A stretch of 61,742 bases of DNA from positions 75,987 to 137,728 of the forward strand of contig NMRA01000806.1 in NCBI GenBank assembly GCA_002633005.1, given 5' to 3'. The position numbers and the translations under genes are program-made. The DNA is from Phoronis australis (Eukaryota; Animalia; Phoronida). Below are positions 13,801 to 26,770 of this stretch, one piece after another; the first letter of the stretch is position 1; the number at the start of each line of letters is the position of its first letter. A model generated the notes under the pieces. That model saw nothing but the letters and a program-made list of their open reading frames with translations. It was not told the origin of the DNA and did not search any database.

Positions 13801-16041
13801 CAGCTTAAAATCTATGTCAGAATATAGACTGACAATGTTTTTAGTTGTATTGTTTTGTTTTGTTGAAATGTTTGATTGGCATGACCCCTGAGTTAAGTAC
13901 AATGATGATGTAATTTGCTTACTACAGAATAGTATGGAACTTTCTAGTAGACTGATTTCAGTAGTGATGATGTAATTTGTTTACTTTCTAGAAGACTCTA
14001 GCATGACAGTGATTAATGCAGTTTTGAATATTCTAGAGACTAGTACATGTTTGTAGGATGGTTGGGTAGATTCAGGAAAGTTCTAGAATGTGCTTGAAAT
14101 GATGAAAAGTTCCAAAAAAAATGCATCAGGCGATAAATACACAAGCACGGGTTTGTGTTAGTCAGATCAAGTCAGTTCATCATAAGTTCAAGAAAGTTAA
14201 TCAGGAGAATAACAGTTGAGTTGCAGTGAAGAGAATCAGCAGTTACAGCGATAGTCAACAGAGAGCCAGCTATAGAGACAGCAGGTTATTGAATCGACGA
14301 GTGTAACAGTTGCTGAACGTGTCTCAGAAGTTCATCACAAGTCAAGGCTTCGCAGCACTGGCTGGAGCGTAAACAGACATTACGTCGGACGTTTTGTTTG
14401 AGTAGGCTTGTGAACGTACTGTCTGGATTAATAAAGGATTAACTCGAACCAGTCTTCAGTCAATCGTCGCACCGAAAGCTATTAGCACCGGTCTGTAACA
14501 ACCTGCGCCCACCCACACACGGGGAAAAACATGACAATTTATAGCACAAGACAATAACCAATTACCAAGTACTACCAAGTACTGTAGTTGCATTGAAAAA
14601 TTTCTTAACTTCTTCTGGACTACATGAGGAAACTGTTGACTAGCTAATAGTCACTGCCTGCTGAACTTAGTATAGTTATTATACGAGATCAAGTGGTTCA
14701 CAAATTGTCATTGTCAATAAAACGATACCACAGAAAAAAAATCTAGACTCTAGAGGTGGGAAATTTAATGTGGGTGCGGCAAATATATTTGTACTTACTT
14801 CCTGAGGTGCATTGATCACGCCAAGATTGTAGCCGACTTGAAATGATGACCCAATCACACATGCTATGATTGACAAACTAAGCCGTGAGGTGCAGCCAGC
14901 CTGTAATGTACAATATGACACTAATAACTAAGCTCAAATAAATCTGTGCTCTGTGGTCATGGTGATGGACACAAGTCATCTACCAAGCAGTTGGTCAATA
15001 CAGATTCAATAACACAATTCCTGTATATTACATTTATAAAATTTGAAAACAAGACAGCACTTTAATCAAAGGTTGTAATGAGACTAATTACTAATAACAT
15101 TACCATAATTCTGTACAATAAAAACATGATAGTAATGAGGGGCATTCAAGGGGCAACTGAATGGGGAACTTCAGAACAGCTTCCTATTGTTTACTGGTCA
15201 TTCCCTGAGACAAAAGCTGAAAATGTCTTCCATTGTTAAGTGGTTCAGGTATTGTATTGTTCACCTCAACAGGCCAATTATTCACAGTGCACCTAAGCCC
15301 TGTCCTACTGTACGGACAGTGAAGATTGTCCATACATGAATGTTTGGAGTAATTATCAGTCAAAAGGCCAGGGGGCATGTTGCCATAAATGATACATGGA
15401 TAAGAGTTCATCAGTCCTCACAGGGTCAATACTAGCCACAAGCTAGACCACTATCTTGTTGCTAGGCTACTGCAGGCAACAAGTGAGACTGGTTAAGGGA
15501 AATGTGTAATTGTTGACAAGACATGAACCGGCATATTTCATATGGAGTAAGCATTGATAGTGACTGAGACAGGCCATGTATCGTCCGTCGCTTCACCCTT
15601 CAGGGCTTCAGTCTCCAGCTATCAATATCACTTGTACCAGTACCAGTCATAGTTTACCAGGGAGAACAGTGCAAGTCTAGAACTACCCGGGCTGTGTGAA
15701 ATTTCGGGATCTAACGTAACCAGCCAGCTAGCTGTATGACGACTATCGTCAAAATATATTTAGTAGGCCTTATAGCTTTGTACCAAGGCTAGGTCAGCTC
15801 AACAGACAACACAGTGGTACCTAGATGTATTTTGACGATAGTCTTCAGTTAGCTTTCAGGCTACACTTCACACTAAATAAATTGGCAACAATGAACAAGA
15901 AATCCTTGACCACTGTAGTATTAATCGAACCCAAAGACGAAGGGCTATGACGACGTCATGCGTGCCGTGCTCGTTTCCAGCAGTCATTTGGCAGTAAGTC
16001 ATCCGATCTCATAGGCCTCTTAAACCCACCTGAGAGACCAT
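1720..16041 (-). CDS. SLC2A1: Facilitated glucose transporter, class I GLUT/SLC2A-like (whole spliced gene, ~484 aa; orthology to a specific vertebrate paralog not established)
   Basis: Joined exons give sugar-porter motifs: [76 protein letters not shown]. Eleven exons sum to 1443 nt (480 aa + stop) with all GT-AG junctions in matching phase. Confidence 0.93.
1945..2121 (+). repeat. CT-rich low-complexity tract
   Basis: Runs of ctccc/cctc. Confidence 0.9.
2815..2880 (+). repeat. (GGGGTAYT)8 minisatellite
   Basis: Eight direct 8-bp units. Confidence 0.95.
3095..3185 (+). mobile_element. tRNA-derived SINE head / tRNA-like relic
   Basis: B-box GGTTCGAGTCCC at 3146-3157 with an A-box-like tcagtggactagtgg upstream; no convincing acceptor stem. 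Confidence 0.5.
3441..3565 (-). CDS. GLUT exon ([12 protein letters not shown]...[15 protein letters not shown]; TM11)
   Basis: tttcag acceptor, gtaagt donor, 125 nt, phase 1-0. Confidence 0.93.
3970..4030 (-). CDS. GLUT exon ([20 protein letters not shown]; TM10)
   Basis: Manual translation; tttcag acceptor, gtatgt donor, 61 nt, phase 0-1. Confidence 0.9.
5572..5784 (-). CDS. GLUT exon (IIYYSTSVF...[14 protein letters not shown]...SAEK)
   Basis: tttcag acceptor, gtatca donor, 213 nt, phase 0-0. Confidence 0.93.
6810..6908 (-). CDS. GLUT exon ([33 protein letters not shown]; TM7)
   Basis: Manual translation; ttgcag acceptor, gtgagt donor, 99 nt, phase 0-0. Confidence 0.93.
7914..8002 (-). 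CDS. GLUT exon ([29 protein letters not shown]; central loop)
   Basis: Manual translation; caacag acceptor, gtgagt donor, 89 nt, phase 1-0. Confidence 0.9.
9412..9519 (-). CDS. GLUT exon ([20 protein letters not shown]...AAKA)
   Basis: catccag acceptor, gtgagt donor, 108 nt, phase 1-1. Confidence 0.92.
10633..10806 (-). CDS. GLUT exon ([21 protein letters not shown]...LMILF)
   Basis: ttgctag acceptor, gtaggc donor, 174 nt, phase 1-1. Confidence 0.93.
10986..11461. mobile_element. Non-autonomous hAT-like element in a GLUT intron
   Basis: TIR caggcctttatgcag / ctggataaaggcctg; flanks atctacaa/ttctgcaa (6/8 match); repeated subterminal tggacgccc motifs. Confidence 0.7.
11575..11699 (-). CDS. 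GLUT exon ([14 protein letters not shown]...[13 protein letters not shown]; TM3-4)
   Basis: Not in the ORF track in this frame; manual translation; ttacag acceptor, gttagt donor, 125 nt, phase 2-1. Confidence 0.9.
12964..13151 (-). CDS. GLUT exon ([10 protein letters not shown]...[16 protein letters not shown]...KYGR; loop 1 and TM2)
   Basis: ctacag acceptor, GT donor, 188 nt, phase 0-2. Confidence 0.93.
13815..14536 (+). mobile_element. Solo LTR of an LTR retrotransposon in a GLUT intron
   Basis: TGTCA...TGACA inverted termini; flanks atcta/attta (5-bp TSD with one mismatch); TATA-like ATAAATA at 14133; AATAAA at 14430. Confidence 0.72.
14070..14089 (+). promoter_or_regulatory. Heat-shock element (four alternating nGAAn/nTTCn pentamers)
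   Basis: aTTCagGAAagTTCtaGAAt is a perfect match to the HSF consensus, about 45 bp upstream of the TATA-like box. Confidence 0.65.
14799..14900 (-). CDS. GLUT exon (AGCTSRL...[12 protein letters not shown]; TM1)
   Basis: ttacag acceptor, gtaagt donor, 102 nt, phase 0-0. Confidence 0.92.
15721..15863. mobile_element. Short inverted-repeat (MITE-like) element
   Basis: gactatcgtcaaaatatatttag (15741) pairs with ctagatgtattttgacgatagtc (15821) at 21/23. Confidence 0.55.
16030..16041 (-). CDS. GLUT candidate first coding exon (MVSQ)
   Basis: ATG GTC TCT CAG followed by gtgggt donor, phase 0, with an upstream in-frame stop; gives a GLUT1-length N-terminus. An alternative phase-0 donor exists near 16467. 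Confidence 0.45.
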
Positions 16042-19000
16042 TTCCAGCACTGCTGACACCCAACTCTAGATTCGCATGGAAGTCCAACAAATGCTGCTTG
16101 TGATCTGCATGACCAAATGGACCCTACTCCGTTAGTACAAAACCAAGCTCGAACATAACCACCTTGTGTAATCTCAACTAGCGCCCCCTGGAGTATTACC
16201 GCCCTAGTGCGGAGTAGCGTTATAGAGTCTGATGCATGGCATCATAGACCATAATCTATTATGACATACAATGTATCTGCTATCCGGTTGTTTCAGGTCA
16301 ATCAAGCACGGGTCAACCGGTGTATTCAAATTAACTGAACATAAAACACATTTTGCAATCTTAACTCATCCATGATCATGTTGACCTAACTCGCACGTCA
16401 GTCTTGAATCGGCCACTTTAACCACTTATGTCGGTGCCTCCGGAGACGATTTAGACCATACCTTACCGATGTCACTACCCTAGACTCGGAGGAAAACTGG
16501 TTCAGGGGTGTCACAGAAGCTCTGCATGAGCGCAACGAGCGCCTGATTAAAACCCTACATTGCTCGGACGAGTAGCCGGCAAGCTCAAGTCCGGGAGAGA
16601 AGGCGGACGCATACCATCGAGATCTTAGCAAATTCCGAGTATTTGATTTAATTTTTTTTCTGTAGACACCAAAGACATGCCAGTACGTCGTCATTAATTG
16701 CCCATCATTTTTTACTATTGTCTAATAGTCTGGCACATCTGTGGTACAAAGTAGCAAAATGAGAAATTCTAATGAGCAATTTTCTCAGTTGAAACTGAGA
16801 AAATTGCTCGTTGTCTGTCCATTGTTAAATTCAGTCACACAGCTTGGTTGAATTCCATAACTGAGGAAATTACTATAGGAATAGTGAAGTTTTTAAACAC
16901 CACGAAAACGGTATCGGTCTCTGTCCATTGCAATGCCACTGTCTGTCTTAAGTACTTACCGAGAGAAAAATAATAGTGACAATTATCTATACGCTCATGC
17001 AACTATGGAACGAACTTCATCAAGCAACTTGTTGGCTTTGGAATCACCGACCTGTTGGGTGTTAATTGTACTGGTACAGACATTTTAGTCGTGTGATGGC
17101 GGCAAGGCTTTTAAGTAAGAATTTCTAGTCAGACTTTGCACTTCATGTAATACTTGTCTGTTGATAAGCATTCATAGTGTCATTTTTCCCGTCTTTTACA
17201 CACTCGATCACGGTGCATGTATTACGGGATTCATTAACGGAGCACTTGTGAAGCATTGGCGGCGCAAGTGGGGCTACTTAGCTCCCCACTACCTACGGTG
17301 CGCCCATGGACCATGGGCGGCGCAGCACCTGAAATAAATGGGGGTCATAGACCCCAACCCCCTGGTGAGCCGCACAGTGTGCTAATGTAATGTTACTGTT
17401 CTCTTCCTGTACCGACATAAAATCAACACTTAAATTACTTACCTTCAAAAATATAGCTACACCAGTACCGGTTGCTTCAGTACTTAGCTAGACGGCTGTC
17501 CCTGACGCCGGTACCGGCTGAGCGCGATCACTGGATGAGCCACCGTCTTGCAACAATGTCAATCGAGCACAGCACTTTGTTTTACATTTGTTTATAGTGC
17601 AGGCGTGTTTCTATTTTCTTATGTTATGAAAGTTTACCCAAAAGGAAACAACTTGCAACTGGAAACCTTGAGCAGCCATTGAACAACCGTATCTCAGAAT
17701 TTATAACTAACAGGAGCAACGCAGAATGCACCCAAGACTGCATCGCTCATACGGTCGCTTCTATATGTCTTGAAAGATTAGATGCAGGCCCGTTGCCAAG
17801 GGAGTTCGGGGGGGGGTTCGATCAACCCCCCGCCACCGACCTTCCGCCCGGAAAAGGTCCAGCCTTAGCCTAAAGATAGGATGTAAATGGACAACAACAA
17901 ATTTGTCGCAGCTACTAATACAACTAACCACAATGATAACCAAGTTACTGATAATTTTGAATTTCCTTCTCCCGGATTCAAAGCGTTTCACAGAATCCGA
18001 TCGGGCCGCACTCTGCCAACTTCCCCCGAATAGTGTTTGTGTAGATGACAGGATCATGCCCACAGTTAGAGGAGGCTTTATGTTATTCGTTGGCATTGAA
18101 CGCGCGTGGTGGCTACACCACAGGGTAACAGGGAAGTCTAGAAGAAAATGTCTATACCTAGTAGCTAAGATAGAGAACTCCCAAAAAGTAGTCAGTAGTG
18201 CGTTGTGAATGCCTTAAAATCGTCCAAGAAACAAAACACCAGAAAATATGCAATTGTTATCTGCTATTTTGGTGTACTTGCTAGCGTGGTGCATTTTCAA
18301 ATTTCGAATTGAAAGTGATCGTCAAATATGTTGTTCATCCAGTGTCCACTTTGTAGATTGAGGGATTTACAAGCATGCGTGTACACGCGTGTGCGTTAAT
18401 CTGTTCTTTAAGTTCAGTGCACGCCAACGGCACTATAAGCAGTCCTCCGTCGTTGCTCAAAAACAGACATTTAACTACCCTGTTTTCTAATTGTACTGAG
18501 AAATCCCCGAATGATTACATTTTATTATGGAAAAGTATAGGTCTAGACCCAATTAAAACTTTGGTCAATGAAGAAAGTCTTCAACCAGTGTCAATGGTGC
18601 GCAGCCTCGCAGGCTTCATACGAGCAACAAAATTGACGAAGGTTTACTACTTCCAAGGTTCACTACCTTCGAAAGTTCCACAATTCCGAAACCAGAGCTC
18701 CGACCCAGCGCGACAGTTCATTACACAGATTGTCTTCTAATGAGTCAGAAATGACGTGAATAAAGTATTGTATCAGTCCATTTAGTAACCATTTAAAGGG
18801 TGTGCAAAAGTTTAATAGCTTTTAAAACATATTGATTTCATATCGTTTACAAATGAGCTCAGTCCCAATCACTTCCAATCGTGATTCTTGAATCAAATAA
18901 ACGACTCGTTTTCAAGCAGAGACAACATCTGGGACACGGGTCAGGGCTGCGGCTACCAACGGCGGTTTTAAATTCAAGACGACTGACGTGAAGACTGGCA

Positions 19001-19359
19001 GGGACAGGATAACCTACTTACTGCATTTAGTTTCTACATGGCCGTGCGCATGGTTCCGGTTGGTGGGGTTAAGGCGCAACGCCTCCAAATTTTTCCGTCA
19101 CCCTGTGAAATGTTGCGATTTTGATATGGATTGGATGAATGTATCGCGGTTGAGAATTTATCAATTTTCCTACTTCATATTCTTTTAGAAATGCAAGTAC
19201 GTACTCATTTTCCGTAATCATTAGACAATTTCGCATGAACACAAAATCCAAACAAGTGTTTCACAGCCGTTGCGGGCTACACTCAGTGCACATAATAACT
19301 GATTTGTCGTTTATTTTTGCTTTTTAAAGAATAATAGTTATACCCGAGTCCGAAACTTT

Positions 19360-19413
19360 AGTGAACCTTCGGAGAAGTGAACCTTCGGAGTAGTAAACCT
19401 TCGGAATAGTGGG
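19360..19413 (+). repeat. 16-bp tandem repeat (AGTGAACCTTCGGARN)x3
   Basis: Directly visible; resembles a transposon subterminal repeat. Confidence 0.75.
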
Positions 19414-22400
19414 CTGTTCTTATTTCCAGCGACTGTAATTAAAGTAATTTAAGTAACACCCACAAATACAGTCAGATAAAAAATTACGTCGAGTCATTAT
19501 CCGACTAAATATTTCCGTTCGAGTATGTAATCATGAGGTGTAATCACTCATGAGAACGCCTGATTTGAAAGTTTGGCCGGAGATAACGCGAGAACGTTAT
19601 CTTTCTGGACCACGTACATTACATCCGAATTTGAGTCCTTTTCTTTGCGACAAACGGTCACGGTACCATGATTTCTGGTACATGTATTTACGAATTGAGT
19701 CTCATCTCAGGAACATAGAACTGAAAGTCATCGTTGTGTATACAGATTCCCTTCCGCCTAATTAATTACCTTACCGAAAACTGCAGTGTCGACGTTTTCA
19801 AAATATCGAAGGTACACCGTTCTAGAAATTCGAACCACCCCCGCGCAATGGTGAGCACTGAAAGGTTTAAAATCAAACAAATTTCGGGGAACCAAGATAT
19901 GATAAAAACATAAATTGCTATGTACATGTATTTGTAGTACGATCTTACAAAAAATTCGGAGAGTAATGCCAATACCGTGTTCAGGTGCGTAATTTTTATG
20001 AGAAGTCACGCAGTAAGTCTGACCAATGGGAAGGCAGTAGGCCTCTTAAAAAACATGTTCACAACAGCGTCCTGTTGCCCTTACCAGTAATGTATCATGG
20101 CAAAATGGTAAATATTCTGGCTAATCGGCACACACGATCCCAAGGTCGAACAACAGGGCCTAACCACAAAACTCGGCATTGGAATTCAGAGCATTCTCAT
20201 GGTAAGAAGGCTAATCAGTCATCTGATTTAGGATGCAGGCGATAAGAATTAGGAAGATAAGGAACTAGAGGATCTGTCACATGACATTTTTTACGCATCT
20301 GATCATGTAGACGCCGAATAAGAGTACAATGCTTAGAAAATCCATGTCTGGAATGTGGCTTCACGTCAAATACATCCTTGTACTTAGTTGGAAGACACAG
20401 TTTACTGGAACAACGTCTCGAAGAGCGATGTACATCGTCAACGTTGTGGACAATGTGAACATAAATCACACAATACCTGTAATTAAAATAAGTTGTCACT
20501 ATCAAGTGCAACCACCTCAATAGATATTGTAGTTTATAACTGAATTCAGCTCGTTTTTATAGACACATTTATGCAGCAGCATCGCATAGGCCTAACACAC
20601 CGCTTTTTCACTCTCACGTTTGCACTCTCTAACAGAATCTAAGTATTTAGGTATAAGTTTGTATTATCAGTGGCGGATCTAAGATATCACAAGGAGGGCC
20701 CAACATTTTGTCTGTAAACATTTGCTCAAAGCACGATTGTAGACGCGCATAGCATCCCCCCTCCCGCCCAGGATTTTTTTGTGTTTTTTTCCTCTAAAAA
20801 TCAAGCATTTTCCTTGATTTCCGAAGTATTATCCAAGAAAAAAGGCAAAAAAAAGACACGGAGACAGTGTCAAACAGGAACAACTGCACGTCCCACAGAC
20901 TCAAACTTACGACCTGTCGGATAGAGTGCGCGTGCTTTACCCCTNCAACACTAAAACTGCATGAATTTAAATCTTGTTTCAGCCGTACAATTTTAATTAC
21001 CGGGGTTAATTAATAATCTCAACATTTCCCTATGCTCTTGCTGTTTTATTATTTTTGCGGCACCCAAAGGGGGGCCTATGAGTAAAATAATAATTATCAA
21101 GTAGTCTATATAGACTGCGCTTTCCCCCAGATGTACGTGTGACTGCCATAGATCGACTGTCCAACTTTTGCCAGCATCAAATGCAGTTGTTCCGAAATTC
21201 AGTACTTGACACTCGGCGGCCGGGGAACCGAGCTGATTACGGAGAATGAGGTTGATTAATGCTAAAACGCAAACTTTAGTTCACTCGTTGCTTCCGTGTG
21301 AGAGATTGCGCGTTTGCCATGTTCGGGGGGTTGAAAACGACAATAGAATTAGATCGTTTAATCTCACAAAACTGGCCTCATATTCCATACTTTAATACCA
21401 TTAGTAATTCCGTTACAGACCCAAGTCACAGGCACTGCATAAATGCGCCAACGAATTCGCAATTTTAGGGTCGGCCAAACTCATGAACTCTGAAAGGTAT
21501 TTGAGTCTCAGCACTGGTTTCGATGTTCTTGGTAACCGAAACAGGCTTCTTTCGCACTAAAGAATATTATGAGGCCCAATGCGTTTTTGGCCGTACAGAG
21601 GGAAAATGCATCTTTAAGTAATTATACATGTTTACAATTCAGAAAATAAAAAGCGCGCTTTACTCCACCGTGAATGACTTTGCACATCTTATGCAACTGA
21701 ACAAGGGCACATTTTTCTCAGCAGTCACAGTTTTTTTAAACGCGCACCAGGATAATTGAACCTTCCAAAATTTAGCTGTGACGGGAAATTTGGTTCGTGT
21801 AATACCAAAGCCGGGTGGCCTCAATGTTGATTAGTCAAGCACGAAACGCATTTCAGGAAACGGTATCGCAAAACACACTTCAAAAAAATTCTGTTTCATT
21901 TTCTCTCGATGTTCGCGCATACAAATTAGCGAAATCCTGCTAATACTGAAAACAGACCCCATTATCTTACAAGTTAGGGTGTCAAATTATAAAATGCCCT
22001 TATTCTAGGATAGAGTTTAGTGTATGAGAGACAAGATTTGTTAAAACAATCTAATTCCAGCCTTAGAATTGTCTACACAAAATATGTCAACTTCAAATAG
22101 CTCTCGATATAGTACTTATACTCTGCAAAAGTTGCCGCTTTCAGAAGAGTGCTATCGGAGTTATCTTCCTCCGGGAAATTTAAATGTACGCCTACTGTAT
22201 CTCTTCGCTGAGAGGATCATATTTTGATTAAATTAATACGGACCTTCCTGACTATCAGTACAAAATCTACACTCAACTTTTTTATTATAACTTCCCCCGT
22301 AACAAAAAGGTCACCGGGTGTAAACGCATGTACGAGTCACCATTCTTGAACATAACAAAACGTAAGCCCGGTTGGTTTGGATGTTTGGTACATGGTGACT

Positions 22401-25400
22401 TAATTTCTTTAAGACAGTCTAAGCGGGCGTTTTTGCTAAGGAGTATACGAGAAATACATCGGTTGAATTTCATTCGTGTTAAAAGATAAATTTGGTGCAT
22501 TAATGTCTACAAAATATAAACACGGTGAAGTGAAATAACGTTTTGTCTAGAAGAAACTACAAAACAGTACGTTTCAGACAACGACACTTTTTAGATTTGA
22601 ATGGTACATCATGGTTGCACATTGATAGTAAAACATTCTATACATGTATGATAATAATTCAAAAATGGCAGACATGCCAAAACAACATGGCCGCATTCAG
22701 AGGCGCGATATACATCGCGGACGACGATACAGCAGACTTTTCACAAAAGTAATAGCTTTCAGAAATAATGGGCCAGGAGTTTGCAATGTACAGCACCACT
22801 TGACTTTATTCTTCGAAGCAATAGGTTACTTTTTTTTGTTTTGTTTTTGTTTTTTGATAATTGATGCGGTGATTCGGTAGATTTTAGTTGTCCATATTTC
22901 AAAAAGGAAAAATCACCTGATGATGGCTAAAATTAATCAGGATCCATTTTACACAGCGTAACCTAATGTCCGATCCGAAATGAGCAAGGATCGTCATTTC
23001 TTTAATTTTTACCCTCACCGTCAGGTTTTATATCCTTTTTCACCCAGTGTCACTCATTTGGCAAGTTTCAAACTAAGTCAAGCGCAAGCCAAAGAAATTA
23101 TACTAAGACGTAAAATCATAAACTTGCCACTAGTAGGCACCTTGGTATTCTGACTAGGCGGATTCGTCCGAAAGTCGTCCCCATCCGTTGCCACTTTGGA
23201 AATACGATTGTCAAATTCATGAAAGGCGAGGGATTCATGAGATCCAACTGCGTACGCAAAAATGCCATTAGAGGGCTCCACAGAAGTCGCAGCTCTCCGA
23301 AACTAAAGTATCGACAACGGACCTCTTCCCAATACGTATGCCTACTGAAGCCAAAGCCACCCAGTGGGTGGTGGAGAATACGTTGAACTCCATGCGAAAA
23401 CGAGAAGGCGGCGTCGTCTCTTTAATGTTTAACTACATGCATTCGCTAACTTTCATGAAAATTAATCAAGTAACTCCAAAAATACAGACACAAACGTAAA
23501 GGGACTAAAATGCCTGCTTAGGGGAGCACCGGTAGTCGGATTCGTCTGCAAACTGTCAAGAACATTCATCGAGGTGCAATTTGGACATAATGCAACGGTC
23601 GCCACATATATTATAATTATTATAATATGTGGGTGGAGGAAAAGAAAGACGAGCAAAAGTGATGCGGGATCTCTCTATTTTGCTCGTTGCTCAGTACATC
23701 ATAGCGTTTCAAAACTGTTGTTTATGCTTGCATTCCAGTTGTTTTTCAAAAAAAAAAACAAGATCATGGAAGAAATTGATGCGGATGGGTGTCTTCTTTC
23801 ATTTTTATTAGTCGGTGCAGGTTTCAAAATGAGTGGCAATTGTGATTAAAACCAACATTACTTATTTTGACAAGGTTACGGCTACAATTGCGAGTATCAG
23901 GTCGCACTTGTCTTGGACGCACTCATCAACGAAATTCATACACTACTTAAAAGCTCTGGAACTGAATAAAGAGAAAGAACTGTTGGCCAATTTCCAGTCA
24001 CTCTTCAATAACGACACTGATGTAAAAGTTTCAAATTCAACACTCAGACGACATACGAGTCGTTCTAGACATCTCTGATCTGGCCTCGACTACGGAAACA
24101 CCGCAGAGAGAACTCTGTTTGAAATCAGAAACAGTCCACATTGCTTATGACAAAAAGCCAGGTATCTTACACCACATGAATACATTCATATATGGAGATC
24201 TTCTGAAGATGCACTCGCAAAGGATTAGACCCTGCACCAAAAATGGTCCATAAAAACAAAGAAAATGCCGCCCAGCCAAAAATAAATTATAGAAATTGAG
24301 AAATTAGTATGGATAATCCATTTCTCATGAGGAGAATGCAATTGCTGGCGTTACAGGCATGCCAATGGAGTAGGGAAAGAAATTAAGAACATCATGTCCT
24401 GGTATGTGTCTTAATAAAACACCTATCCACGGTATCGACATGCACTTTTTTATAATGACTATGATAATGAGTGAAGTTTTGACCACGCCAGGACCGATGT
24501 GTTCGAATTAAATCAATCACGAGTCTGTAGGCATAGGAATCTCTTTGGAGTAGGCGGGGCATACACAACGAGCATTCTTTCGGTAATACGATTGTAGAGT
24601 GAAACAAGTCAACCCACGTGCACATTGGGTACTGCGACTCTTCGTAGCTTATAAGAACGGACGTAACACTTTGAAGACTCCAGGTGGGTCCGGAAAGGAA
24701 ACATGAGATTAAAGAACGTGCCGTCAATATGTCTCGCTGATGCAGTACGGCAAAGTTGTCCTCGAACCTGGTTAATTATGAAACTTAAACCGAATGGTAC
24801 AGTTGACCCGTCAGTCGACCGTTACCCCTGTGTATCATCCCCCAATAGTTCCTAATTTCTTCCTTAAATCAAAAGTTGAAGTTTTGATGCGTTTGTTTGT
24901 AACTACAAACATAAACATTCTTTTGTGACCATCTGACCCCGAATGTTGCTTGATCATACGCCGGCGTGTACACAAGGACAACAGTGTTATGGAGATGCTT
25001 TTTCGTAAACACAGAAACAAAACAGTGGGTGTTTACGTTTCACAAGTTCGCCAATAATCCGATTTTTTCCGGTTTTGATATTTTGACGTGAGGGCCGGTC
25101 ATGTTCTGTGACAAGAACAATGAGGTCGAAAATGTAAAATAGGCAGCAAATAAGTAATTATTGAACGCTGGACGCTATTCGTCAAGGTACTCCTCGCCCT
25201 GCATCTGAACCTAGAGGGACACCTCACGAGGCCGTCGACGTCTTCAAATCATTCCAACTCATTAAAGAACAAATATTTAAGGATTCAACATTTCTCGCCC
25301 CTTCATTCGTCAACGAAATCATGAATTGGACATTTTTATAGTGGGCGCAAATCTGTATGATATGGAAAATAATTCAATGCGGTGTAGTACGTGTACACAG

Positions 25401-26615
25401 TGTATCAGACGTGCACAGGCTCCCCATTTGTGGGCACATCGTATTGACCACCTGAAACCATGCTTATGCTAAATATTAATTCATGTATATAGTTAAAACC
25501 GAGTTGAGCTAAAGTCCTGACTAAAGGATCTAGCAGTCTGTACCAGTGGGACTTGAACTCTATACATATTTAAATATTTGAACCTCAATGAGGTCGACAT
25601 CGGGAGTTCGGCTAATCGCATTCGACACCAAAGATCCGAGCACGATTGCAGGTGCTTGACACTTTGTCGCTATCATGATCGCAACTCTTGCATCGAGTAT
25701 CCCCTGTACGTGCTACAACTGGCCAGTTTACGATTTGGCTGACGAATGCGATGTGACGTGGGGGTCAAATTAAAATGATGTGTTCGAAATACACTTGGCA
25801 ACGTGCTTGATGTTTAGTCAGGACGAGACGCAATTTGCCAAAGCTTCCGGCGTATAGGTCCTGCGGGAGCGCAGTCGTCTTAGCAAGCTTGGTTGGCTCA
25901 ATTCAGATGGGGCACTGGCTACCTTTCGTCATATACCTACTCGAAAGGCACCTCTAGTCTGACCCAAAGAACAGTTTGATAGATTGATTGACCTCGAATT
26001 CGTCCCTCTCGATGATTCGAAACCTTGGGTGCCACGGATCGCCGAGTGGCTTGTGTTCACTTGTGCGCGACTCGACCCAAGGGCAACTATTGCCAACTTG
26101 AGCAGAAAAACTTTCAAAGAATGTCGGTTCTGACTAAATTCACTGATTTAGGTAGCTTTTTATTGATGGATGACAAGAATAAAATGAGTGGAAGAGTATG
26201 CTAAGCCTTTAAACTTTGACAGGTAAAATTCTACTTTAATACTCCTTTATATTAGGTATTTCGGTAGGGAAGGCTGCAGTACACAAGTTGATAACAAGGA
26301 CACGGTTTATTCAGGATAGCCTGAATAGTACCTCGTTAACAAACTGGCTAAAACGTCGGTTTTTCGTTACTACAACTGTATAGCAAAAATGCTATTAATT
26401 TGCCTGTTTTGCTGGTGTTTTGGTATAGTCCAAGCTTAATTTACTCGTGCGTTTTCGCTAGACTTTTGTAACCAGACTGCTTACTTCATGCACATGAGGG
26501 GAACTTACTGAAGAGGCCTTAAATTTTCCATCGTCGCATTAATCAGTTAATGACAGAGATTGGACGTGTTTTGACATTAATTTTCGATCAAAAGAGATTG
26601 AGATGGGGCGGAAGC

Positions 26616-26770
26616 CAGGGGCAGATCCAGGATTTTGAGTTAGGGGGGCAGGGCGCTAGCCTGCCAGTGGACTTTGCCGGTCAGACATTCCCACACCCGA
26701 ACTGCCAAATATAATCTGGGAGAGTTTTAGGAGGGCCATGGCCCCCTTGGCCTCTCTAAATGCGCCACTG
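26616..26770 (+). mobile_element. MITE family A (CAGGGGC...GCCACTG), 155 bp
   Basis: Terminal inverted repeats; perfect 5-bp TSD gaagc; homologous to the reverse complement of the 42668 copy. Confidence 0.85.

Noticed and set aside
16398-16694. Independent 98-aa gene
   Set aside because: No recognisable domain; at most an alternative GLUT first exon.
23460-24330. Possible transposase remnant
   Set aside because: Coding-like fragments, but no motif I can assign with confidence.
17600-25500. Numerous 60-120 aa ORFs in the intergenic region
   Set aside because: No domain motifs or consistent splice chain; the number is compatible with chance and decayed repeats.
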